DNA from: Oculina patagonica | Lineage: Eukaryota | NCBI RefSeq assembly: GCF_052425735.1 | Contig: NC_135758.1 | Location: forward strand, 12,524,001 to 12,588,000 | Reading direction: 5' to 3' | Length of the DNA: 64,000 bases | Shown: positions 50,960 to 63,108 of the stretch, one piece after another | Position numbering within the stretch: position 1 is the first letter of the stretch | How the letters are laid out: the number at the start of each line of letters is the position of its first letter | Program-made: the position numbers and the translations under genes | The notes under the pieces: generated by a model | Database searches by the model: none | Seen by the model: only the letters and a program-made list of their open reading frames with translations | Told to the model about the DNA's origin: nothing

Positions 50960-52230
50960 ATCTACCAAAAACGAGGCTTGATTATTTTTTTAAAGTTGGC
51001 AATTTTTTTTTCAATGTTTCCGCAAGAGGAAATGCTTTTAAGATCAATTTAACGATGACTGTCTGTTGACTGTTTGTTCAAATTACTGTTTACCTTGCCA
51101 CAGTTCCATAGAAGACCATAGAAACGGATAGAGGTCGTGTTGCTAGAGAAGACATGGGCGGTTTACCTACAAAAGAAACCACCTTGGCCTCGTTAACCAA
51201 CCCGACCCTACTTTTGCATAAGTACGTTGCGTTTGCTATATTTATGAATTACTTTTGTCCCTTCATCAAAATGGCCTTTAAAAGATTTTATGCTTTATCT
51301 GCAGCGAATGCAGTTGTCTTTTTTTATCCAGTACTTTAAATCAGAATCCGGCTACAATTTTATCGATTACAAATTTAATGAATGAATAAATGAATTAATT
51401 AATTAATGAATCTGAAATTTTTACCAAAAATGATCGAGACACTGAATATTTAACAAAAGGCAAGGTAATTAACTTTTAAAACTAAGCTAGCTTTTCAGTT
51501 TTTCTACAAGAAGGAAGGCTTTTAAGATCAATTTAATGCTGATTATCTGTTTTACTGTTCATTTAAATAATGACTGACTATTCACTTTAGATACTTGATG
51601 CTAACATTGCCGCAGTTCCATAGAAGCAGATGGAGGTCGTGTTGCTAGTGGAGGCAAAGGCGGTTTACCTACAAAGGAAACAACCATGACCTCCCTAATC
51701 AACCCTACCCTACTTTTGCAAAGTACGTTGTGTTTGCTTTATTTTGAATTACTTTTCTCCCTTCATCAAAATGGCCTTAAAAAGAATTATGCTCCATCTG
51801 CAGCGAATGTAATTGACTTTTTTATCCAGTACTTTAGATCAGAATCCGCCTATAATTTTATAAAATACAAATTTAATAAATAAATGAATGAATCTGAAAT
51901 ATTTACCAAAAACGATCGAGATGCTCTGTATACCAAACAGAAAGCTAGGATAACTTTTAAAACTAGGCCAGCTTTTTCAGTGTTTCTACAAGAGGGAAGG
52001 CTTTTAAGATCAATTTAATGGTGATTATCTGTTTTACTGTTCGTTTAAATAATGAATGACTATTCACTTTAGATACTTGATGCTTAAATTCTGTAGAAGC
52101 GGTTTGAGGTCGGGTTGATGGAGAAGGCAAAGGCGGTTTACCTACAAATGAAATCACCTTTGCCTCCTCCACAGACCCGACCTTATTTTTGTAAAGTACG
52201 CTGTGTTTGCTTTATTTATGAACTTGTAGT
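50960..52230. repeat. Tandem ~480-500-bp repeat array 1 (3 hairpin-bearing units)
   Basis: Units recur with hairpins starting at ~51131, ~51633 and ~52105. Confidence 0.85.
52105..52185. ncRNA. Candidate pre-miRNA-like hairpin (best-paired copy)
   Basis: AGGTCGGGTTGATGGAGAAGGCAAAGGCGGTTT, an 11-nt loop, then AAATCACCTTTGCCTCCTCCACAGACCCGACCT, giving a ~33-bp imperfect stem. Strand unresolved; no expression evidence. Confidence 0.4.
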
Positions 52231-52305
52231 AATTACAGATTAAGAAGTGCGTTCTTTAGGATATGTCGTTTGATAATGAAAAATTGTACTTAATGGAATA
52301 AAACG

Positions 52306-52504
52306 TAGCCTGTGAACAGGCTCCCGAGTGGGGTTACGCGAGCGTAGCGAGTGGCGAACGCGAGCTAAGTGAGCGAAAGAGCGGGGGAAGAGCGCCCCCG
52401 TACTCCCTCTCAGGCTCCGCTCTTCCGCTCGCTTTGCTCGCGTTCGCGCGTTCGCCGCTCTCTTCGCTCGCGCAAAACCCACTCGGGGGCCTGTTCACAG
52501 GCTA
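52306..52504. mobile_element. AcademH-type MITE
   Basis: TAGCCTGTGAACAGGC...GCCTGTTCACAGGCTA with TSD (A)ATAAAACG; absent from the paralogous flank at ~63760. Confidence 0.8.
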
Positions 52505-53859
52505 ATAAAACGACCATTTGAAGAAAAGCAAATAGGAAATTATGGCTATGCAGTGTTCTTAGCAGGCCGTACGGGATTCCTTTTGCAAACTTGAATTTTG
52601 CGCCCAAGTTGCTTGGAAATCAGTTAAGCTGTAAAGTACTATTTACAATGGGCTCTAAGAAAGAAGAGTACATGAAAGAAATTCTGATCGACATGACCAT
52701 AAGGTGGACACTTAACCATAGAAACTGAATATGAAGCAGCTGAAGGGCTACATTACAAAAGTTTTCGTTTCAACGTGGCTTGGTAAGTGTAATAGGGAAA
52801 ACTTCCAACCCAGTGACCCAATAGTTTCATACGATTTTCGTGTTGCTTATATGCCACCTAGAGTAAACACAGGTGTTCGCTTATACAAAGAAATACAATG
52901 GCTTAAACACTAGCAGGCGTGTATGAAAGATGACTACAGAACATCCGATTGGCTAAATCTCAATCTCCATGATAGTAACGAAGGGTACATCTGATTAGGT
53001 TCTGAATATATTTCGCCTTGTCGATCTAAGTTGATGCTTTGAAATTGCACGTGTTGATCAATTGATATGTAAAATATCTACTAGTTAACAATACATGAAC
53101 ATTTGTTCTATTAAAAAATACTGACATTATACAAACATGTGTTCTATCGTACAAACATGTTTTCTATTGAAAATATGACTGACGTAGAGTTAAGCACTGC
53201 CTTTAGTCTATTCATGTGCAAATTCATAGCTATTTCCTGGGGTTTCCTCTCGTGACGGTAGGAAGGATAACCTTCCTATGCAAATTTTGCATCTCTTACT
53301 GAAAGAAAATATCGTTGTATTCAACAAATTGCCACTGGCAAACCATCGCTTTTTTGTTCTATAAACATGAGCTATAGTCTTGAAGTCCCGTGAAGTTGTT
53401 GTTCGCATATCTGCCATGTAAATCATGCTTAACTTTTTGGATACTTTCTTGACTTTGCCATCCTCAGTGCTAGCAATCCAGGAGTTTTCGCTACTCATTC
53501 ACGATCTAACTACGCGAAAATTACTTGGCAAGTGTTGTGACCTGTTCACCACTCTACCACCGCTCCAATGAGCTGAGCAGATGCGCGTGTTTTCGAGTGA
53601 ATTTTTAAATTATCGTTACGTTTCAAACGTATGAGCTTCCGGGGAAGGTTTCTCTCCTACGGTATCCTGTGAAAAGTGACATCCAATGTCGTGCAATCAT
53701 TCGGACACAAAAGCACACAGCAGCTCTTGTGCCCCGGTGCCGGTTTTGAATTTGGCGCTTTTCCCCAAATAATCCCATATAAAACGCTCGCGTGCATATT
53801 CTCGGCCCATGCCATCGCTCTTTTTCAAAGTGGGCCTTTACTTCAACTCAAAAGATTTG

Positions 53860-54064
53860 ATAGCACAAACAAAAGGATCTTTGAAAAGATTATTCAAATG
53901 CAAAGCTTGCTTCTTTTTATCAAATCCACAACAATAGATTTAGTTTCGTCGCAACATGTGCGACAGGTATCGAAGCTTGCTCTTCGAATTCTGCGTTTCA
54001 ATTTAGGCCTTGAAAGAAAAAGAAAATCAAGTTTTCCACAAGATCTGAAGCTATTGAAAGCAAG
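53860..54064 (+). other. Putative 5' non-coding exon of ZF4 (start approximate)
   Basis: Homologous to the ZF1 and ZF2 upstream exons; donor AAG|GTAAGT; TATA-like CATATAAAA at ~53776. Confidence 0.6.
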
Positions 54065-56352
54065 GTAAGTTCGTTTCTCAGTTGTACAAAGAGTATAAAT
54101 GATGTAAAATTTAAATTACATTTAAAGAATACTCTAAAAAGAGGTAAATATGACACTTTATCGTATGAGGGACGGAATGTATTACGAATGAACGCAGTAA
54201 ATTCATCCCACACAGAAAAAAACCCGCGAGCATTATCGTCGGTAAGCAGTAAAAAGGCCTCAGAAATTGAACGATTTTTTTTTTTTTAATTATAGACGAA
54301 CGATATTTTCTTTTAATCGTTCTAGCTACGAGCCTAAAGAGCCACATTTGTCGCTCGCCGCTACCTGGCCAAACGAAGATATGCATTCGCTTTCATCGAG
54401 TTCAAATTCACCGACGCCACACTCGACTCACATTATTTTTAAACTTTTGGCCAAGGCACGAAATTTATCATGACTGAGGTTTCGCGGTTGCCTATTATTT
54501 TTACTTAGTCTGTGTTGACCAGGAATTTTCATTTGCTGTATTTATGTACAGAAACGCCAGTTGATCTCAGTTGGGGATAAACACGGTGAAAGCCGGTACT
54601 GCGCACCTTGACATTCTGGCCAGAGCTGAACTCGTATTCCCTATTCCCTATTTTTCCACGATAGGCGATCACGCACTCTAAAATGTCTTCTTCTTTTGCC
54701 GCCTATTCCTGACCTGTTACATTTTCAGGTAATTTGCATACGGTTTAACAAAGGCAGTTTTATAAAATTACAGCTGACATTAGCGCTAGCGTGCACGTGG
54801 TTGCTTTTGCAAAGTGGCAGCAACGTAATCTAAAGAATCTTTTTACCCGCAAAAATTAACAACCATAATCCTTTTGCTTTTAAGGCCGTTCACTCTTGGA
54901 CTCTAAGATGTGAAACTGTGATGCAAACAAAAACACAAACAGTCAAAGACCCAATAGCGAAGCGCGCGAGGTCTAAAAATAGAATCCAAATGAATATAAT
55001 GGCCACGAGGCTCAAAGACATCAGCGTGTTCTGAGAGAAATAGAAGGAATCTAGGTGAAGTTTTCGTTTTGTGTAAGTGTCTTAGGAATACCGGCTGCTT
55101 TAGAAGTGTTTTAGAAAAATCGTCCGCCATTTCGTTTTGTTTGTCTGAGTCTTATCTGAGTCGTAACGTCACTCGCGTGCTTGTATACATCTCCAATTTA
55201 CCAGCAGAGATTTTAACAATTATTTCATTTCGACTGTAGTGTCCGATTCTACGATTTTACTTTAAGATCATTCTAGAAACCATTTATCCGACTGTATTAT
55301 TCTTCAAACTTCCAGAAATTCCGACAATTAACTTAGAATATTGAAGGTTGAAACTGATAAGGCACCTGTTGAATACATGACATTAATTATTTAACAAAAA
55401 CATTTAAGAAAAAGACCTTAGAAAAAAAATTATTATACTGGACTATAGAGTTTAATCAAACGTTATCTGCCATTCGATTTCGCAGCAGATTCCTGGCTTC
55501 ATTCTAACCTCCTTGCTGATACGGCGCTGTGGGCGATTCCAACTGGCTGTCAACTGAAAGGTAATTACCGCTGATACATCTTGACTTTGGCTTTGACTTA
55601 AACCCAAATCAAACATTAGACGGTTTTATGGTGCGAAACAAATTTTAATCCGGAAATCTTTCTGGCATCATCCCAGGCACCAAATGTAAATATATTATAC
55701 AGTTATTATTCGTGTCACTTACGCCACAATGTCATTTTATAGCCTGCACTGTAGACCTGAATTTTTTCCTTATTCTCCGATGATGCCGTGGATCGACCAA
55801 AGCTCCTAATAAAACAATGCAAAATGCAATAGCCTAAGACCTCACTCCACTTATTAATCATTACTAATCACGCCGATCAATTTACATGACAGAATAGATG
55901 CTATGGCTTTTCTATAGTTTTTTTTCTTACAATGATTTATGTTCTTTTAACAAATTCTCATCTCGTTCTCGATCGTTGTGTTTCCCTCTCTTTCGCCGGA
56001 AAAGTGTTCCACCTGTTTCCCACCAGAAATTCCCAGCACCCTGTGACCAGGTATTTTGTGTTTGACTTGGACGGCTTTTGTTTCACATATGGTCCACTAA
56101 AAGTTTTGTCTTCAGCAAAAACAATTCTTAGTTTGCCTCTTCTGTAAGTGAATAATCTGAACTGCGCCATGGCTCTTTAGCCCATCCAAACACCATTTAT
56201 TGCGTATAGCAAAGTTATATACATCGTACAAATCAAGGACTAATAGTAACTTTCTTTTCAGTGTACCAGACTGAACACAGCTGAACACAGCTCTCCTGCC
56301 AGTTCTGGCCGACCCTGGCACTGTTACTTCGACAACTTCTACGGCTAATGAT

Positions 56353-57582
56353 ATGGAAGCAACCTCAGATAGCTCTAGTAGTGTCGTTGAGATGCTAAAC
56401 AACTCAGCCGCAGTGCCACAATCGAGTAAAGACAAGGATTACTGTTGTAGTCAGTGTAACCAGCGTTTTAAAACCTCAGTTCTACTCCGCAAACACTTTC
56501 AAACCCATACGGACGTTCCTTTCAAGTGCACCGTTTGTGGCGAAGACTTCATGGATAATGAGTCCAGACGGGAACACGTTAAACAACACAAAGCTGAAAG
56601 ACGATTTAAATGTTCGGATTGTGGGCGGAGTTTCGATGACATACCAGCACTTGACAGTCATCACTGTCGCGGCCTCAACAAATCAAAGGCGTTTCAGTGT
56701 AACCAGTGTGGTAAGACTTTTGGAAGGAAAGATACACTCGAGAATCACTTGCCTGTCCATTCTGAAGTTAAACAGTTCCATTGCAACCTCTGTGACAAGC
56801 AGTATACCCAAAGAAGCGCTCTTATTAGACACAAAAGGATTCATAGTTCAGATGGGAAACGGAGCTGTCGCTGCCACGTCTGTGGTAAACTGATGTCTTG
56901 CGAGCCTTCACTTCGTGAACATCTAAGGATTCACACTGGAGAAAAACCCTACAAATGTTCAGAATGTGGGAGATGTTTCGCTCAGAGTTCAACTCTTGTT
57001 GGGCACTCAAGGACGCATAGTAGCAATCGGCCGGAAAAGCCTTTCAAGTGCAATGATTGTGGAAACAGCTTTGCACGTGTCGCAGATTTTCACATCCATC
57101 AGCGTATCCACACTGGAGAGAAGCCTTATAAATGCGACAAGTGTGAAAAGCGTTTTCGAATTAGTTCTTCTCTTACTAAACATAGACTGGTCCACATACC
57201 TATCGAAGTGCGAGTAGAGGAGGCTGAGAAAAAGGGACTGAAGCTTTACAGGTGTGGATACTGTGATAAAGTATTTACTCTTAATTCCCACTGGCGAAAA
57301 CACGAGCGCACCCACACACGCGAAAAGACTCACAGATGCACAAATTGTAACAAATGTTTTTCGCGCAAGGAAGATCTCACATTACACCGCAGTAAGGTAC
57401 ATGGTAGTGAAACTCACGAGTGCTGGGTCTGTGGAAAACATTTGAGCAGCTATCAAAGGATGAAGTTACACATTTGTTTACATACTGGGGAAAGGCCACT
57501 TTCTTGCCATGTGTGTGAAAAGGGCTACATAAATTTAAAGAGTTTGAAAGCTCATCTGCGCTCGCACGAAAACACGTCTTAA
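56353..57582 (+). CDS. C2H2 zinc-finger protein ZF4 (409 aa, ~13 fingers)
   Basis: Intact ORF; acceptor ctttcttttcag at ~56261. Confidence 0.93.
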   Translation: MEATSDSSSSVVEMLNNSAAVPQSSKDKDYCCSQCNQRFKTSVLLRKHFQTHTDVPFKCTVCGEDFMDNESRREHVKQHKAERRFKCSDCGRSFDDIPALDSHHCRGLNKSKAFQCNQCGKTFGRKDTLENHLPVHSEVKQFHCNLCDKQYTQRSALIRHKRIHSSDGKRSCRCHVCGKLMSCEPSLREHLRIHTGEKPYKCSECGRCFAQSSTLVGHSRTHSSNRPEKPFKCNDCGNSFARVADFHIHQRIHTGEKPYKCDKCEKRFRISSSLTKHRLVHIPIEVRVEEAEKKGLKLYRCGYCDKVFTLNSHWRKHERTHTREKTHRCTNCNKCFSRKEDLTLHRSKVHGSETHECWVCGKHLSSYQRMKLHICLHTGERPLSCHVCEKGYINLKSLKAHLRSHENTS

Positions 57583-58278
57583 AAAAAAACACGTGAGTTT
57601 TGTTTCGAAAAATCAACAAATAAGTTTACAGGCGATAAGGAATTTTGTATTTTCCATCTTTTCAATGATGATGACGATGATGATTAAGGAAAAATCGATA
57701 TCTCAGCTATTTTCTAATATTATGAGATAATAATATTAATATTATGATAATATTATTATTGTTAAAGCGATAGATGGCAGTTTTACGCCTTTGAAGGTAA
57801 CGTTCGCATAATCACGACGCCAATCTTATTCGCGCAATTTCTGTAGAACGCGCTTGGTGTCCATCAATAAACATTTCTTTTTCTTGGTGAATTAAAGTGT
57901 AAATCTAAGTAAAAAGATAAAAATGATTTTGGTTGTGAAATAAAAAATAAATAAATAAATAATTTTCGCTAGGCTGATATAATTCCAATAAAAAGAGACT
58001 GGAAAATTAAGAAAATTGCATGTTGCAACTAAAAGGTATCAAGAGATAGAATAAAAAGCCAAGTAATCAACACCCTGTAACCAAGAATAAATCATTGTAT
58101 TTTTTATAAAACCTCTTTCGCCTTGGAATTTTTTTCCCCTTAAAAATCCACTGCTCCCGTATCAACAACAAATTATTAAACCAAGATCTTGCTCTTGATA
58201 AAACTGAACACAATAAAACATAACAAAAAACCAATGAAAACGGGGCTGGTCAGACATCAAATTAAATCTGTTCATTGA

Positions 58279-58810
58279 ACCATTGGCTCCCGTGACGGCC
58301 TAAACCGGCCTTGACGATCGTTGCTCTTTCTTCCACTTGTGACGTCATCATCTTTGATCAAAAAGGCATCACTTACACTCAACTCTGCAGGAGGAAAAGC
58401 TCTTTCCGATGATGCCCCAATTAGAGTGATTGGGTCAATTGTACTTGAAATACCCACAAAAATGCCTAAGTATAAAAATTCGTAGGAGAATTTGCCTCAG
58501 TAACCCATGGTTCTTTAATGGCGAGTATTTCCTGTTTGTATGGCACTTTCTCGAAAATTCCTAAACTGCAAGCAAGCCCAGTTATAGGCCAATAACTGCA
58601 GCAAAAAGATAAGAAAAGGAGAAAAAGGAAAGGCAACAATGGCCTGAACAACAATGAGCTAAACTCGGGTGATTGTGGAAAGAAAGGCATGCTTCCAGGT
58701 TGCAAGTGCCTTTTTGAGTAGTTTGGAGCTTAATTTGCTCATAAATGACGAGAAAATGTCAAAAACGTCCAAAATATGCGTTTTTTAAAAAATCTCCGGG
58801 AGTCAATGAG
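58279..58810. mobile_element. piggyBac-like non-autonomous element
   Basis: Ends ACCATTGGCTCCCG / CGGGAGTCAATGAG|TTAA; empty TTAA site in the ZF3 unit at ~50487. Confidence 0.6.
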
Positions 58811-59329
58811 TTAAATTTGAAAAAAGAAAATAAGGTAGCAAATATTAATTCAATGATTTAGAACTATATCCAATTCATAATACATACAAATTTGACAAAG
58901 TGCTGCATTTGGTGAGGCCATGAATGAAAATTTCCCACCAAATCGAGTGAGGCTGGCTGCGAGTCACAGGGAAGTGTTTTAGCACAAAGAGGAGGCCATC
59001 GTTTGCAATCCGTCACTTATCTTAACAATCCTGACCTTGTTATTATTTGGTTTGGTGCTATTTACTCTAGCGAAGTTTTTTTCGATTTAAAGGTAATTAT
59101 GTGCACCACTGGAGTCGAGGTGGCCCAACGGTTAGCGCGCTAGACTTCGGTTCGAGCTATCCGAACTCGAGCTTGGGCCGGGGCCGTGTTAAGATCACCA
59201 TGGAAACCACTAGAATATTGCCCGGATGTAAGATGCTTGATAAAACGCCAATTCTCCAAAGCCCTTCGTCCGCCAATAATTGACTATCCTGTAAAAATAA
59301 CGCAACTAATTATTACTAATTATTACTAA

Positions 59330-60135
59330 AATATTTACCAAACACGATCGAGATACTCTGAATACCAAACAAAAGGCTAGGATAACTGTTAAAACTAGCC
59401 AAACGTTTTCAGTGGGGAACAATAGGGAAGGCTTTTAATATCAATTTAAATGGTGATTCAGTGTCTGTTGACTGGTCGTTCAAATAATGACTGACTTGAT
59501 GCTTACCTTGCCTCTTTTGCATAAAATCGGATGGAGGTCGGGTTGTTGGAGGAGACAAAGGCGGTTTACCTACATAAGAAACCACTTGACCTCCTTAACC
59601 AACCCAACCCTACTTTTGCAAAAGTACGTTACGTTTGCTTTATTTATGAATTACTTTTCTCCCTTCATCAAAATGGCCTTAAAAAGATTTTATGCTCCAT
59701 CTGCAGCGAATGCAATTGTCTTTTTGTATCCAGTAATTTAGATCAGAATCCGGCCACAATTTTATAAATTACAAATTTCAAATGAATGAATTATCTGAAA
59801 TATTTACCAAAAACGATCGAGATACTCTGAATACTAAACAATTCAAAAGGCAAGGATAACTTTTAAAACTAGGCAAAGATTTCCAGTGTTTCTGAAGAGA
59901 GAAGGCTTTTAAGACCAATTCAATGGTGATTGTCTGTTGCACTGTTCATTTAAAGTAATGACTGACTTTAGATTCGATTTAGATATTTTAGATACTTGAT
60001 GCTTACATTGCCGCAGTTCTGTAGAAGCGGATGGAGGTCGGGTTGATGGAGAAGACAAAGGCGGTTTACCTACAAATGAAACCACCTTTGCCTCTTCCAC
60101 AAATCCGACCTTAGTTTTGTAAAGTACGTTGTGTT
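59330..60135. repeat. Tandem repeat array 2 (2 hairpin-bearing units)
   Basis: Hairpins at ~59534-59610 and ~60034-60112; a degenerate orphan hairpin lies at ~61089-61163. Confidence 0.85.
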
Positions 60136-60345
60136 TACACGTTAAAGTAGCGATTTTGTAAAACACTCTACAATCAAAATTTACGATAAGATATTCGATA
60201 AGAACATCATAAACTCCGTTTAAAAATTTAAAAAGACGGCGATAATAATATGTGATTAGGTATAAATACTAAAAATTAAAAAGACAATAGGAATTTTAAT
60301 TAAAATTAATTAAAATTAATAAAAGTTTTGAAGTAAGATGTGTTT

Positions 60346-60378
<33 letters not shown>

Positions 60379-61954
60379 AGGGCCGTTACAATGGTGAGCC
60401 GATAGGCGAGCCATTGTAAACACCCATACAGATCGGACGCGAATATTTTATTCTACTTGTGAAATGAAAATAATAAATTGATTGCAAAGTATTGTTATGC
60501 GAATCAGTAGAGATCTGTATCAAAAGTTAATGAATACTAATTAGCTGAGCAGGAGTTTTTATCAAAAGTTAATTCTATTGTTTGATTTGTATTGGAGTTT
60601 ACAGCTGTGTACATGTGATCTGAATACTGTGCTGGGATTGGCTTGCACCCTCATGAATAATTAATGAATTTTACAACTTTATTTATGAACTTGTTGTCAT
60701 CTAAGATAAGGAACTGCGTTCTACAGTCTGATGATATGGTCTGATATGTCGTGTGAAAATGGAAAGTTGTACTTAATTGAAAACGAGGGTTTAGTGAAGA
60801 TATGCAAATAGAACATTATGGTTATGCGGTCTTCTAAGCAGGCGTGAGGGATGCCTTCCGCACAGTTGAATTTTGCGCCCAAGTAGCTTGGAATTCAGTT
60901 TAAATCGAAAGTACGTGCCGTGTGTGATCGACGTGACCATGAAGTGGACACTTAACCATGGAAACTGAATATGAAGCAGCTAAAAATGCTACATTACAAA
61001 AGTTTCTGTTTCATCCTTACTTGCAATTGGTAAGTGGAACAGAGAAAAATTCCAACCCAGTGACCCAATAGCTCCATAGAAGCGGATGGAGGTCAGTTTG
61101 ATGGAGTAGACAAAGGACGTTTACAGAAGAAACCACCTTTGCCTCTTCCACCAACCGGACCTTATAAAGTTAGCGATTTCACAAGGCGTATTGACGGGAT
61201 GCGGTGCTTAGTGTAAGTTTGTAAAAGTACGTTGTGTTTGCTTTGTTTATTAATTTATTTTGCCCGGTCATCAAATTTAAAATTATCCCAAAACGATTCT
61301 ATGTCGTCGTTATCTTCCTCCGTTAACATAGATGTCACTACACGGAGCAAGCGGCGTCTTAAAAGATTCGGTCGAGGAATCCATCCGTGTCAGGTGTTTC
61401 CGGAAGGAAACGGCGCTCTATTGTTCTACAGCTTCTTTGGGAATGCTGACTGAGCTTGCGGTAGTCGAGATTGGAGCTTCATTTGCCGATGTAGCTATAT
61501 CCGGCGGCGTTGATCCAGATTTAACTGGGGGGTGTTGAGGGTGGTTGGTTAGCTGGTTAGCCTCTTTGGAACACGTCAAAATGCACGATTCAGATACAGA
61601 GGACTTAGGAGAGGTAGGGATTCTGCAGAACGTGACTTGAGAGGAGTGGGCTGCGGCTCGATTTCCAGCCGCTTTTCGGCATCAAGAAGGCGGCGGAATT
61701 CAAAATCGAGCCTAGATACTCTGTATACCATACAAAAAGCAAGGATAACTTTAAAAACAAGGCCAGCTTTTTCAGTGTTTCTACAAGAGTGAAGGCTTTT
61801 TTTAAGATCAATTTAATGGTGATCGTTAACAACTGAATATTCACTTAAGATTTTTTGATGCTTACCTTGCCGCAGTTCCATAGAAGCGGATAAAGGTCGT
61901 GTTGCTAGAGGAGGCAAAGGCGGTTTATCTACAAAGGAAACAACCATGACCTCC

Positions 61955-63108
61955 TACGAAAGCCGAGGAGGGACATCAGATTTCAGACTTCAAACTTCAG
62001 ACTTCAGACTTCAGACTTCAGACTTCAGACTTCGGACTTCAGACTTCAGACTTCCGCATACACTTAATTTCCGCTGACCTCCGAGTTGTTGAGTTGTTAG
62101 ATCAGGCAGATCCACTATTTAAAGTCAGATTCGCTATCCATCCGGCGAGTCGGATCCGGTTGTTAGTAATCGGTGTAACGGCAGAACGAGAATCGGCGTA
62201 GAGAGATTTTTTTAAATAACTTAATTAATTATTAACAAAATTACATTAATAAATTCCCACCTTGCAGACCTGCAGACAGTGGTACCTGGAACCATTTTTT
62301 TTTCTTTATTTCACACACAATAGGCCACAATATCGTTTACGGCTTATACATGACCTCTGGACTTAATTACGTAAAACTGGACAAACAAACAGTAAATATA
62401 TTTCACAAAATAAAGGGCATGCATATCTTCTTAATCCTTCTAGATCGATCTAGAGCCAGGATTTCGATTTTATTTCGAGTGAGGATTTCAAGGAGAAGCT
62501 CAGTAGGGCGACTGCCCTTCGGACTTTCTCGCCTCGATCGAGACAATGAAACGTACAAAGCCGAAGCAAGTCAATGAAGCCGTTGGAAAAAATAGAAGGG
62601 CCTGAAAAGTTACTGATTTCGTAAGAAGAAGAAAGAAAGAAAATTAAAAGCCCACAACAAGGAGTATTTTCAGTTGGTCACCCATCCAAGTACTAATCCC
62701 GCCCAACAGGTCTTAACTTCGGCGATCGGACAAGAACCGTTGCTTTCCATGTGGTATCAGAAAGAGCGCGTAAATCAGCTAATAAAAACTGAGTCCAGTT
62801 TTAGCAAGAAAGTGCCAAATTGTCCAAAAGATCCATTTAAACCAGGAATTTCTTTTTCTCTATTTGCATAACTCTTATAACCCTTTGTCTCGTGTGACAG
62901 TCCAGAGATCATATATAAGCCATAAACGATATTGTGGAAGTCTCTGAATTCAAAAGGCGGAAGTCTGAAGTCTGAAGTCTGAAGTCCGAAGTCCGAAGTC
63001 CGAAGTCTGAAGTCAGAAGTCAGAAGTCTAAAGTCTGAAGTCTGAAGTCTGAAGTCTGAAGTCTAAAGTCTGAAGTCTGAAATCTGATGTCCCTCCTCGG
63101 CTTTCGTA
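61955..63108. mobile_element. TIR element with (TTCAGAC)n subterminal arrays and an internal 5S rRNA-like sequence
   Basis: Exact TIR TACGAAAGCCGAGGAGGGACATCAGATTTCAGAC. The TSD is GACCTCC (7 bp), or ACCTC (5 bp) if the ends are C...G. Confidence 0.88.
62646..62767 (-). pseudogene. 5S rRNA-derived sequence (divergent)
   Basis: Minus strand reads ATACCAC...GTCCGATCGCCGAAGTTAAG...TTAGTACTTGGATGGGTGACC...GGCTTTT, colinear with eukaryotic 5S rRNA including the A/C boxes and a T4 terminator. Confidence 0.8.

Noticed and set aside
51154-51883. Protein-coding reading of the tandem repeats (MGGLPTKETT..., MTSLINPTLL...)
   Set aside because: Reading frames are not conserved between units; indels and stops are frequent.
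53208-53498. 96-aa minus-strand ORF as a gene
   Set aside because: No recognisable domain or paralog in the other units; probably a decayed repeat fragment.
61975-62055. CRISPR-like or telomere-like array
   Set aside because: These are spacerless heptamer repeats forming the subterminal part of a TIR element.
62646-62767. Functional 5S rRNA gene
   Set aside because: The 5' end is diverged, the terminal helix pairs poorly, and it is a single copy inside a transposon.
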